Source of the DNA: a virus
Direction: 5' to 3' (one strand)
Virus record (IMG/VR): IMGVR_UViG_3300027902_000006
Span: 1 to 64,000 of that record
Length of the DNA stretch: 64,000 nucleotides
Position numbers and translations under genes: made by a program. This document shows, piece by piece, positions 27,216-36,411 of the stretch (its first letter is position 1; each line of letters opens with the position of its first letter). Below the pieces are notes generated by a model that was not told the DNA's origin, ran no database searches, and worked only from the letters and a program-made list of their open reading frames with translations.

Positions 27216-27826
27216 TCGAGGGTATTGAATATACAGGCACTCCCTTTGAGATTCCCGATTGTGGAAGAGACGACCTCCCAGAATTTTTCAAGGAGATGGG
27301 GTATACTATTGGAGTGGAAGTTGGAGTCCTTCGTGGAGAATTTACAGAGAAGCTTTGTAAACCAGGACTGAAGGTTTACGGAGTTGATCCCTACGAAGGT
27401 TATAGAAACTATAGACGCGATTCTCGTGAGGAGCCTTACGAAGTGCAGTATAAGATGGCACTGGATCGTTTAGCTCCTTATGACTGTACGATTATTCGGA
27501 AACTCTCAGCGGACGCAGCAATGGATTTTAAGGACGAGAGTCTCGACTTTGTCTATATAGATGGAAACCACACTATTCCATATGTCGTCTCAGATATATA
27601 CGAGTGGAATAGAAGGATCAGAGTTGGTGGAGTTATCTCGGGTCATGATTATGGTTTGAACTCGAAGAACCCATACAGTTTCCAAGCTTGTCACGTTGTT
27701 CATGCAGTAAAGTTAATGACGGGTATTTTAGGAGTTAAGAATTGGTATCTATTAGGGGAGTACCGTCCTGAGGTGGGTGATAAACGTGATAAGTGGAGGT
27801 CATGGATGTGGATCAAGAAACATTAG
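27206..27826 (+). CDS. SAM methyltransferase (Methyltransf_24-like)
   Basis: GVEVGVLRG, DFVYIDGNH, GGVISGHDY. Confidence 0.9.
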   Translation: MRLIEGIEYTGTPFEIPDCGRDDLPEFFKEMGYTIGVEVGVLRGEFTEKLCKPGLKVYGVDPYEGYRNYRRDSREEPYEVQYKMALDRLAPYDCTIIRKLSADAAMDFKDESLDFVYIDGNHTIPYVVSDIYEWNRRIRVGGVISGHDYGLNSKNPYSFQACHVVHAVKLMTGILGVKNWYLLGEYRPEVGDKRDKWRSWMWIKKH

Positions 27827-28542
27827 GGTGTATATACTATACAGACAATAGGATTGACGGTAATCGGTACGACAATATCTTCAAACTTACTCAGAAGTAT
27901 ATCTCTGCTAGTGGACTTCCTATAGTCAGTTGTTCTCTAAAACCGATTGATTTCGGAGATACTCGTATCGTCCTCGAAGGACGTGAGAGAAGTTATCCTA
28001 CTATGGTCCTTCAGATCTTAACAGCGTTAGAGGCCGGTACGACTAAGTATGTCTTCTTCACAGAGCACGATGTTCTCTATCATCCTTGTCATTTCGATTT
28101 TACTCCACCTACGGACGATCTCTATTATTATAATGTCAATAACTGGCGATGGCTATACTTACAGGACTATCTAATAACGTATAGCGATTTGACTTCTCTA
28201 TCAAGTCTGTGTTGTAATAGAGAGTTGGCGATTCGACATTACAAATTCAGACTTGATCATATCAAGGAAAACAAATTTGATGAGATAAGAAGTCGAGAAC
28301 CTAGATGGGCTAGGCGATTTGGATACGAACCGGGAACTAAGAGTCGTAGACGTGGTGGATTAACTGATGAGGAACATGTCAAGCGTCGTTCGATGCTTCC
28401 AAATATTGATATAAGACACAGGTGTACATTCTCAAGGCCAAAAGTAACTCTAGAGGAATTCATTCATAAGCCGAGTGATTTTGTTCAAGTTGGACTAGAC
28501 GATATACCCGGCTGGAACTTACGGGAACTTTTTCAGTTATGA
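27793..28542 (+). CDS. putative glycosyltransferase-like protein (paralog B2)
   Basis: IYYTD, PIVSCSLKPIDFG, TEHDVLYHPCHF. Confidence 0.55.
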   Translation: MEVMDVDQETLGCIYYTDNRIDGNRYDNIFKLTQKYISASGLPIVSCSLKPIDFGDTRIVLEGRERSYPTMVLQILTALEAGTTKYVFFTEHDVLYHPCHFDFTPPTDDLYYYNVNNWRWLYLQDYLITYSDLTSLSSLCCNRELAIRHYKFRLDHIKENKFDEIRSREPRWARRFGYEPGTKSRRRGGLTDEEHVKRRSMLPNIDIRHRCTFSRPKVTLEEFIHKPSDFVQVGLDDIPGWNLRELFQL

Positions 28543-30209
28543 GCACACTCAGTATAATTATTCCCTCCCGCAACGAAATGTTTCTAGCTAGAACAATTCA
28601 AGATATTCTAGAAAACATTGAAGCTGATACGGAGATCATTGCCACTCTAGATGGGGCGTGGGCCAGACCGCCCGTTCCCCAACATGATAGAGTCAATATT
28701 ATTTATGTACCTGAGGCTATCGGACAGAGAGCAGCTACAAATATAGCAGCTAAGTTAGCTCAGGGTAAGTATGTAATGAAAGTAGATGCCCATTGTTCCT
28801 TTGAGAAGGGCTTCGACCGAAAGATGATTGAGGGCTTTAAAGAAGTTGGAGACGATGTTACGATGGTTCCCATCATGCGTAATCTCTGGGCATTTTCGTG
28901 GAAATGTTACCTCTGCGGTTGGACTAAATATCAAGGTCCGCGACCTAAAGTCTGTGAGCAATGCGGAAAATCTGGAAAAGTTCGGATGAAGATGATGTGG
29001 ATTGGAAAACGTAATCCTCAGAGTATCAGCTATTGTTTTGATTCTGTTCCACATTTTCAATACTTCAACGCCTATAAAGTCACCGATGCTTTTAAAGAAC
29101 AACGCAAAACGAACTTCACTGAAACAATGTCTCTCCAAGGTTCTTGTTTTATGTCTACACTCGAGAAGTATTTAGAGCTTAATCTATGCGACGAGAGTCT
29201 CGGTAATTGGGGCAATCAGGGTATTGAAGTAGCCTTGAAGACGCGATTGTCAGGCGGAAGGGTTCTTGTCAACCACAATACTTGGTATGCTCATATGTTT
29301 AGAACGCAGGGCGGTGATTTTGGTTTTCCCTACGATCTATCAGGGAGAGGAGTTCAACAGACTAAAAACCGAGTCAAAGCGTTGTTCTTCGGGAACAGTT
29401 GGGACAAACAGATCTATCCTTTGTCTAAAGTGATTGAACAGTTCTGGCCGATTCCGGGTTGGTCCGAAGAAGCATTTAAATCACTGAAAAAAGACGAGAT
29501 GCAAGTTAAGCGGCCCGGAGTTTATTCTATTAAGAATAAAGACAACACTAAAGCCTATATAGGATCTTCGATCAATATAGCTCAAAGATTCGGAGAGCAC
29601 CTACGAGAACTCCGTAGAAATGAACATGGAAACGAATATTTACAACATGCTTGGAATAAGTATGGGGAGGATTACTTCTCGTTTAATATCGAATACTTCT
29701 GTTCTCAAGATACGTTATTAATAAAAGAACAAGAAATTTTGGACCTCTTCACTTCTGACTTTGGGTGGAGGAATATATATAACCTTAATCCTACGGCTAG
29801 TCTATCTGGTAGAAATCATACAGAAGAGACAAAGGCTAAGATAGGGGAGAAGAGTAAAGGAAGAAGAACATTTTTAGGTAAGAAACATTCTTCTGAATCT
29901 ATCGAGAAGATCCGTTTGTCTAAATTAGGAAAAGATCCTTGGAACAAGGGTATCCAACACTCTGAAACTACCAAGCGTAAGATTAGTGAGTCTAAATTAA
30001 AGAACCCTATTGAGGTGTGGAACAAAGGGAAAAAGGGACTTTATTGTGCCTCCGAGGAGACACGAAAAAAACTGAGCGACTCCCTAAAAGGACGTATTCC
30101 TTGGAATAAAGGAAAACACCATACTGATGAAACTAAACAGAAAATAAAAGAAGCCGCGAAGAAACATCATAGACATAAAGACGAGAAGGGTCGTTTTGTT
30201 AAAAAATAA
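28539..30209 (+). CDS. GT2 glycosyltransferase fused in frame to GIY-YIG/NUMOD3 homing endonuclease
   Basis: N-half LSIIIPSRNE, KVDAHC, SLQGSCF; C-half GVYSI...YIGSS...R..EH and HTEETKAKI/PWNKG repeats. Confidence 0.9.
   Translation: MSTLSIIIPSRNEMFLARTIQDILENIEADTEIIATLDGAWARPPVPQHDRVNIIYVPEAIGQRAATNIAAKLAQGKYVMKVDAHCSFEKGFDRKMIEGFKEVGDDVTMVPIMRNLWAFSWKCYLCGWTKYQGPRPKVCEQCGKSGKVRMKMMWIGKRNPQSISYCFDSVPHFQYFNAYKVTDAFKEQRKTNFTETMSLQGSCFMSTLEKYLELNLCDESLGNWGNQGIEVALKTRLSGGRVLVNHNTWYAHMFRTQGGDFGFPYDLSGRGVQQTKNRVKALFFGNSWDKQIYPLSKVIEQFWPIPGWSEEAFKSLKKDEMQVKRPGVYSIKNKDNTKAYIGSSINIAQRFGEHLRELRRNEHGNEYLQHAWNKYGEDYFSFNIEYFCSQDTLLIKEQEILDLFTSDFGWRNIYNLNPTASLSGRNHTEETKAKIGEKSKGRRTFLGKKHSSESIEKIRLSKLGKDPWNKGIQHSETTKRKISESKLKNPIEVWNKGKKGLYCASEETRKKLSDSLKGRIPWNKGKHHTDETKQKIKEAAKKHHRHKDEKGRFVKK
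29406..30207 (+). mobile_element. intronless homing-endonuclease element carrying a replacement 3' end of its target gene
   Basis: KQIYPLSKVIEQFWPIPGWSEE at the left end matches KQIHPVSWLVERFWPVPGWTQE right after the endonuclease stop. Confidence 0.75.
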
Positions 30210-30294
30210 ACAAATACATCCTGTTTCTTGGTTAGTAGAACGCTTCTGGCCAGTACCTGGATGGACGCAGGAACAACTGGATCAGTTAAAGTAG
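30208..30294 (+). pseudogene. displaced original C-terminus of the GT2 gene (KQIHPVSWLVERFWPVPGWTQEQLDQLK*)
   Basis: manual translation; no start codon; homologous to 29406-29490. Confidence 0.8.
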
Positions 30295-30300
30295 AGCTAA

Positions 30301-32793
30301 ATGGCAACTTCATACGTTAGTGTCAGCCACGGTAACATAGGGTCTGCGACGAGGCCACAAACGCTAGTGGTCAACACACCCGCTTCTCTCCAAGCAGGAG
30401 ACGTCATTGTTGCCTATATCGGTGCTTGGGGTGCTGCTGGTGCTCCAACTATTAGTACTCCTTCTGGTTGGACTTTAGTAGATTCTGCTGCTCCTACATC
30501 AAGTTATTTGGGTAAGTGGTTTTGGCACGCTTTCTCTGTGGGGGAAACTTCATATTCGTGGACTATTTCTGCCACATCAGGGAATGTAGCAGCTTATGGT
30601 TGTTTAGCAGGTTTTCGTGGTTGTAGTGTAACAAATCCCATTGACCATAAGAATAAAAATAGCGGTACTAGTGGTTCTTCTATTACCGTAACTGGTTTCA
30701 CTGACACGGATGCCAACTCAATCGCCCTTCTTTTTGCAGCATGTGAATACTCATCGGCACGGACTTTCAGTTCAGAAACTTTAAATTCTGTCGCTATGAC
30801 GGAAAGAGACGATGCTTCGGGTTGTACAACCTATGTTCATTCAGTCTCTGTTTCGACTTTACAGTTATCTTCTACAACTACCGGTAATGCTGCTGCTACA
30901 ATCAGTAGTAGTACTAATAATGCATGGGTGGGCGTTCTTATCACACTGCTTCCGGCAGGAAGCTCTGCTAGTCCGAGTCTATCTCCATCTTTAAGTCCGA
31001 GTCTTAGTCCTTCAATTTCTCCGTCGTTATCGCCATCTGTAGCGGGTAGTTTCAGTCCTAGTCTGAGTCCGTCTATATCACCCTCAATATCTCCTAGTCT
31101 AAGTCCAAGCATATCTCCGTCCTATTCACCGTCTATCAGTCCTAGCGTGTCTCCTAGTTCGAGTCTCTCTCCGAGTCTGAGCCCATCCTTAAGTCCTAGT
31201 CTATCCCCATCATTCAGTCCTAGCTTAAGTCCTAGCTTAAGTCCTAGCTTATCTCCGAGCAGGTCTCCTAGTGTATCACCTTCGGCTTCCCTCAGTCCTT
31301 CATTATCTCCGAGTCTATCTCCTAGTATATCTCCGTCTCTATCTCCATCTTTGTCCCCAAGTAGATCACCGAGTCTATCTCCGAGTCTATCTCCATCTAT
31401 TTCACCGAGTGTATCACCGTCTGCGTCTATTAGTCCCTCTATATCACCTAGCTTAAGTCCAAGTAGGTCTCCTAGTCTCAGCCCAAGCCTATCTCCGTCA
31501 ATATCTCCTTCCTTGTCTCCGAGTTACAGTCCTTCTCTATCGCCCTCCCTTGTTACTAGTTTTAGTCCGTCTCTAAGTCCAAGTATATCGCCGAGTATTT
31601 CTCCGTCCGTTAGTCCATCGGCTTCGATTAGTCCTTCGCTATCTCCTAGTCTCAGCCCTAGTTATAGTCCAAGTATTAGCCCTAGCTTAAGCCCAAGTAT
31701 TAGCCCAAGCATCAGTCCGTCTGCTTCACCTTCGGCTTCTCTAAGTCCTAGTCTTAGTCCTAGCATAAGTCCTAGCATAAGCCCAAGCCTTAGTCCCTCT
31801 CTATCACCTAGTAGGAGCCCATCAATATCTCCGTCGGTATCACCGTCGGCGTCCATTAGTCCAAGTCTTAGTCCTAGTCTGAGTCCTTCTATATCACCTT
31901 CTCTGAGTCCTAGTCTCAGTCCATCACTCAGCCCGTCACTGAGCCCAAGTTTAAGTCCGAGTATATCTCCTTCAGTTAGTCCGAGTGCAAGTATATCACC
32001 ATCGCTAAGTCCAAGCTTAAGTCCTAGCTTATCTCCGAGCAGGTCTCCTAGTGTATCGCCAAGTGTAAGTCCTAGTGCCTCTATAAGTCCTAGCTTAAGT
32101 CCATCTTTATCTCCGTCTTTAAGTCCGAGTCTTAGTCCGTCTATCAGCCCGAGTAGAAGTCCGAGTCTTAGTCCGAGTCTTAGTCCGAGTATATCTCCTT
32201 CGGTTAGTCCTTCTGCGTCGATATCTCCCTCTCTGTCTCCGAGTAGATCCCCGAGTTTGTCACCCTCGATCAGTCCGAGCGTATCTCCTAGCGTATCCCC
32301 GTCCGCCTCGATCTCTCCAAGTCTGAGTCCGAGTATCTCTCCGTCTATAAGTCCGAGCCTCAGTCCCTCCATCAGTCCGAGTAGAAGCCCGTCTCTGTCT
32401 CCGAGTGTCTCACCGTCTCTCTCACCTTCTATTATAACTAGTTTTAGTCCATCGCTATCTCCGTCTTTAAGTCCAAGTCTGAGTCCATCCAGATCACCTA
32501 GTAGAAGTCCGAGTCTTAGTCCTAGCTATAGCCCATCGCTTAGTCCTAGTTTAAGTGGGAGTATATCTCCATCCGTATCTCCTAGTGCAAGTATCAGTCC
32601 GAGTATATCACCGAGTTACTCCCCGAGTTACAGTCCTTCCGTCTCTCCAAGCGGATCACCCTCGGCGTCGATATCTCCATCTGTGTCACCATCTCCATCT
32701 CCTCCACCTATTATGGGAAGACGTACTACGATTCTACGCTTGGGTGGACTGAGTTCAAGATACCGCTTAGTCACCCGTGATCCAAGCGAGTAA
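30301..32793 (+). CDS. virion protein: N-terminal beta domain plus ~580-aa (Ser-Pro-Ser-X)n mucin-like stalk
   Basis: 830-aa ORF; synonymous codon scrambling across the repeats shows selection on the protein. Confidence 0.85.
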   Translation: MATSYVSVSHGNIGSATRPQTLVVNTPASLQAGDVIVAYIGAWGAAGAPTISTPSGWTLVDSAAPTSSYLGKWFWHAFSVGETSYSWTISATSGNVAAYGCLAGFRGCSVTNPIDHKNKNSGTSGSSITVTGFTDTDANSIALLFAACEYSSARTFSSETLNSVAMTERDDASGCTTYVHSVSVSTLQLSSTTTGNAAATISSSTNNAWVGVLITLLPAGSSASPSLSPSLSPSLSPSISPSLSPSVAGSFSPSLSPSISPSISPSLSPSISPSYSPSISPSVSPSSSLSPSLSPSLSPSLSPSFSPSLSPSLSPSLSPSRSPSVSPSASLSPSLSPSLSPSISPSLSPSLSPSRSPSLSPSLSPSISPSVSPSASISPSISPSLSPSRSPSLSPSLSPSISPSLSPSYSPSLSPSLVTSFSPSLSPSISPSISPSVSPSASISPSLSPSLSPSYSPSISPSLSPSISPSISPSASPSASLSPSLSPSISPSISPSLSPSLSPSRSPSISPSVSPSASISPSLSPSLSPSISPSLSPSLSPSLSPSLSPSLSPSISPSVSPSASISPSLSPSLSPSLSPSRSPSVSPSVSPSASISPSLSPSLSPSLSPSLSPSISPSRSPSLSPSLSPSISPSVSPSASISPSLSPSRSPSLSPSISPSVSPSVSPSASISPSLSPSISPSISPSLSPSISPSRSPSLSPSVSPSLSPSIITSFSPSLSPSLSPSLSPSRSPSRSPSLSPSYSPSLSPSLSGSISPSVSPSASISPSISPSYSPSYSPSVSPSGSPSASISPSVSPSPSPPPIMGRRTTILRLGGLSSRYRLVTRDPSE
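30970..32703 (+). repeat. coding 12-nt-period repeat (SPSL/SPSI/SPSV/SPSR/SPSY)
   Basis: about 140 tetrapeptide units. Confidence 0.95.
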
Positions 32794-32801
32794 AAAACAT
32801 T

Positions 32802-32848
32802 CGAATTTTCTTGTAGTTCTACGGACTTACTTTATCATTAAAAGAGAG
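32802..32848 (+). promoter_or_regulatory. repeated putative late promoter, copy 1
   Basis: CGAATTTTCTTGTAGTTC identical to 37111-37128; TTGTAG-N16-TATCAT. Confidence 0.6.
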
Positions 32849-32871
32849 TTAGGTAATGACTCCTTGGAGGC

Positions 32872-34293
32872 GTGATGGCTGACAATATAAAAACCCCACA
32901 AGGATATGGAACTGATCCACCCGTAGCTACAGACGAGATAGGTGGGACCCATTATCAAGTTGTCAAGCAAGCCTACGGAGATCCAGACTCTGTTACTCAG
33001 GTTAGTCGAGTCAATCCACTACCTGTGGTCCCGGCTGATGCACCAACGGCAGTTACAGGGTCAGTCTCATCTGATGGACCACTCCTTTCTTGTGACACTA
33101 CTGGCTATCAAGTTATTTCTCTTCAACTATCTGGGTCTTGGCAAGGAAATGTTAAATTCCAAGCAAGTAATGACAATTCTACCTGGGTAGATGTCTTAGG
33201 TTATGGCGTTTCTTCAGAAATGTCTGCCGTAGAGTTCATAGCAAATAACGACATAATTTTGATTCCCTGTGTGGGTCGTTATTTTAAAGCGGTGGTGTGG
33301 GGATTAGTAAGTGGAACTGTGGTTGGTACGGCCTATCTTCGTCAGCAATCGCTAGCTGGTATTGGAGAAGCCCAACTCTCTCAAGCGATGGACCCCCTAA
33401 ATCTGCAGTTTTTGAACGTATCCCCGGCGGGAGTAGACCAACCGGGTTTACAACCGGTGACTCGATCATTCCCCGTGGCACTTGCTCGGGAACATATTCA
33501 GGACCTCTTCATACCCCCGAGGGCGTGGGTGGCAGGGAATCTTAACAACAATGTCATAGATCCGGCTGGTGGTGCGACTCCGGTTGATTGCCTTCAATAC
33601 CGAAGCATCCATGTCCAAATAGCAACGGGAGCGGGTGTTACCGGGGCAATAACTTTTGAGCAGAGTAATGACCTTATCAACTGGAGTGGCCTATTCTTGG
33701 AAGATCCGGGTGCCTCGGCGGCTTGGGCGACTTCTTGGACCTTGGCGGCCAGCACCACTAGGCTCTACTCCGGGGCAATTAAGGCACGGTATGTCCGGTT
33801 GAGAGTATCTACTATCTTGGTGGGGACCACGGTAGTTAGCGCAAAAGTGAGCATGACACCCCACCTGGTTGAATACTTGGCGGTGAATCCATCTTACATC
33901 AGCGGCACTGCCATCGTCACTGGAGGCTTGGCCGGATCTCAGGGCGTGGGTGGTCCCTCAGCAATCGGCGTAGTCCCCACTTACAATCCCCTCTTGGCCG
34001 GTGGTGTGGATCTTGCCAACCTTACTCGCAGGGTACGAACAGATGAATTAGGTAACCAAGTAGTAACTGGACTAGATCCAACACAAAACGCTAAAGCACT
34101 ACTCAATCCTGTATTCTCTCGACTTGCTATTTCTGGTAGGGGTGAAGAAGATACAGATATGCTCATTCGTATCTTAGCCGAGTTACGTACAATCTCGTTC
34201 TATCTAAGCGAACTGCCCTTTATGCTCCACTCTAATATTAACTTTGTTGATGACTCTTCGGATGTTTCCGACGAGGCAAGAATTAAACAGTAA
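32872..34293 (+). CDS. virion structural protein with two repeated beta-sandwich modules
   Basis: DEIGGTHYQVVK N-terminus; VKFQASNDNSTW and ITFEQSNDLINW repeats. Confidence 0.7.
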   Translation: MMADNIKTPQGYGTDPPVATDEIGGTHYQVVKQAYGDPDSVTQVSRVNPLPVVPADAPTAVTGSVSSDGPLLSCDTTGYQVISLQLSGSWQGNVKFQASNDNSTWVDVLGYGVSSEMSAVEFIANNDIILIPCVGRYFKAVVWGLVSGTVVGTAYLRQQSLAGIGEAQLSQAMDPLNLQFLNVSPAGVDQPGLQPVTRSFPVALAREHIQDLFIPPRAWVAGNLNNNVIDPAGGATPVDCLQYRSIHVQIATGAGVTGAITFEQSNDLINWSGLFLEDPGASAAWATSWTLAASTTRLYSGAIKARYVRLRVSTILVGTTVVSAKVSMTPHLVEYLAVNPSYISGTAIVTGGLAGSQGVGGPSAIGVVPTYNPLLAGGVDLANLTRRVRTDELGNQVVTGLDPTQNAKALLNPVFSRLAISGRGEEDTDMLIRILAELRTISFYLSELPFMLHSNINFVDDSSDVSDEARIKQ

Positions 34294-34311
34294 CTAATTT
34301 AGGAGAACATC

Positions 34312-34956
34312 ATGCTCGTTCAAGCACAAGTAGGACAACCCTCTGTCTCTTCCATTCAGCCCGGTACTACACCGACGCTTCGTCTCGGACAACTTGCTGA
34401 TCTGGTTGTCAGTGAACTCCAAGGGAGATACTATGAAAACACATACCGTGGTAACGTATATGTATCATCTACAGCCGCTGTCGGTACAACTATAGTTGCG
34501 GCCAATAACTCTCCAGTAGCTGCCGGTGCCGCCGCGGCTTATGCACTTGTTAATCCTGCTGGTAATACTTTCAACGCTGCCGTGTTGAAGATCTGGGCAA
34601 GTACTATCTCTGGTACTCCAGGTGGCCCGTTGGCCCTTAACGTGATAACTCCTCCATCTGGTATTACTGCTGTTACTACTCAGACTCCTATAAAAGCGAA
34701 TACATTGACAGCCGCTGGTTCTACTATGCGTGTCATTGTTCAGTCAGCTTTAACTGGTAGTATTTTAGCTATTATGTTTAGACCTCTCGGTGGTCCAGCC
34801 GCAATCGCTGCTGGTGCTGGTGTAAACCATGTGATGGAAGATGTGGGTGGAGATATTATAATTCCTCCTGGTGGGGCTCTGCTTGTTTGTTCGACGGCTA
34901 CCGGTACTAACCATGTTGTATGTATCGGTATGGCGTGGGCTGAGTTACCTCTGTAA
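34312..34956 (+). CDS. virion structural protein
   Basis: AGGAG RBS; VSELQGRYYE..YRG, GDIIIPPGG. Confidence 0.7.
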   Translation: MLVQAQVGQPSVSSIQPGTTPTLRLGQLADLVVSELQGRYYENTYRGNVYVSSTAAVGTTIVAANNSPVAAGAAAAYALVNPAGNTFNAAVLKIWASTISGTPGGPLALNVITPPSGITAVTTQTPIKANTLTAAGSTMRVIVQSALTGSILAIMFRPLGGPAAIAAGAGVNHVMEDVGGDIIIPPGGALLVCSTATGTNHVVCIGMAWAELPL

Positions 34957-35023
34957 CCTGATGTTACTCTTTTGGCGAGTTAGAAGAGCATGGAGAAGTC
35001 GCCCGAAGACTAGAGAGGATCAA

Positions 35024-35911
35024 GTGAGAACAATAAAACAGTCGTCTGCATATAATTTGACGGTCTGTCTCGTTGATAATGTTAGCCACGTGTTGGGGTT
35101 AGCAGGAGCTAGTCTCAATGTGTGGCTATCTAAGAATGGTGGAGCCTTTTCACCGATATCGCCAACTATTACTGAACGCGTCAACGGTTGGTACAATATC
35201 GCACTTACAACAGGCAATACAGATACTTTGGGTGATCTCTCTATTCATATTGAGGCTACTGGAGCAGATCCAGTAGATATAGTCTGTCAGGTCGTGGCAG
35301 GAAGTCTAGATGCAGATGTGACTTCACGACTAGCAAGTGCGAGTTATACTGCTCCTGATAACGCTAGTATAACTACGATCAAAGGCAAAACCGATGCCCT
35401 CCCTGCCTCTCCTGCGGCAGTCGGCTCCGCAATGTCGTTAATAAGTGATTATGACGCAGCCAAGACAGCGGCTTCCGCATCAGGAGTAGCAGCCATTCCA
35501 ACAAACCCACTCCTAACTAGTGATTCTAGATTGAACAATTTAGACGCTACTATAAGTACAAGGGCGTTGGAAGTAGGTGGAAACGTGGCTTCAATTAAGG
35601 CGAAGACGGACACTCTCCCGGCTTCACCAGCTACCACTGGTTCGTTGATGAACCTAACGAGCGGTTATGATGCGGCAAAAACTGCTGCTAGTTCCGATTC
35701 AGTAGCACGAGCCTTAGGTTTGCTACAAGAGAATGTCTTCCATGATCAACTTGTCTATGACGGAAATGGACGTTTAACTGGTGGACGACGTAGACTCTAT
35801 TCAAATGCACTCTCAGTTGGGACTGATTCAAACGTTCTTGCTACCTACACAATTACTGTGGTCTGGAATTTGGATGAGACGATGCAATCCTACAAGGCCG
35901 TGAAAATATGA
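35024..35911 (+). CDS. virion fibre/neck-associated protein with internal repeat
   Basis: GTG start after GAGGA; SKNGGAF...GWYNIALT..TDTLG; IKxKTDxLPASPA...YDAAKTAAS twice. Confidence 0.7.
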   Translation: MRTIKQSSAYNLTVCLVDNVSHVLGLAGASLNVWLSKNGGAFSPISPTITERVNGWYNIALTTGNTDTLGDLSIHIEATGADPVDIVCQVVAGSLDADVTSRLASASYTAPDNASITTIKGKTDALPASPAAVGSAMSLISDYDAAKTAASASGVAAIPTNPLLTSDSRLNNLDATISTRALEVGGNVASIKAKTDTLPASPATTGSLMNLTSGYDAAKTAASSDSVARALGLLQENVFHDQLVYDGNGRLTGGRRRLYSNALSVGTDSNVLATYTITVVWNLDETMQSYKAVKI

Positions 35912-36069
35912 GTATAGATCTACTAACTGGTGGAATGGTCCCCGCGGAGGGCATTACAGTAGAAGTGACAAGAGTGGATGGAATACAGATAGATTTAGTG
36001 ACACTACCCATACACGCTAATGTTACGATTCAAGATATCAATGTTGCAGTGGTGATAGAAAGGGGATAA
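35908..36069 (+). CDS. small hypothetical protein (53 aa, not in ORF track)
   Basis: ATGA overlap with upstream gene; fills gap. Confidence 0.5.
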   Translation: MSIDLLTGGMVPAEGITVEVTRVDGIQIDLVTLPIHANVTIQDINVAVVIERG

Positions 36070-36072
36070 CGA

Positions 36073-36411
36073 ATGGCTGATATACAAACTCTTCCAGATG
36101 TAGTGATTCAGGGTGAAGGTAGATGGTTTAAATTTACCTACCTTGATACAAACAGTCAACCAATTGTCATGCCCGCATCTGGATATATTTTTATTTTAAA
36201 ACAGAGCGTCGGGGCTGCGACTACATTGTTTACAGCCAATTCTTTTGATGTGTCGAGTAGGGCAACTGGTATTATCAGAGTAAATGTACCCGCCTCCGTG
36301 AGTATCGTTCTACCACCTGGGAGTATCTTTGGTCAGATGACTGCCGTTATTACAGCTGGAACTGACGTGGATATCCAAAAATTTAAATTTAAAGTCGAGG
36401 CTGACATCTAA
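36073..36411 (+). CDS. BppU-like/Ig-fold structural protein
   Basis: VIQGEGRWFKFTYLD...GIIRVNVP. Confidence 0.55.
   Translation: MADIQTLPDVVIQGEGRWFKFTYLDTNSQPIVMPASGYIFILKQSVGAATTLFTANSFDVSSRATGIIRVNVPASVSIVLPPGSIFGQMTAVITAGTDVDIQKFKFKVEADI

Noticed and set aside
29406-30300. Group I intron or intein in the GT2 gene
   Set aside because: No room for a ribozyme core, no intein C...HN termini, and the C-terminal exon is present twice, which fits gene-end replacement.
30837-32372. Antisense GLRL/GDIE ORFs
   Set aside because: Reverse-complement shadow of the SPSX coding repeat.
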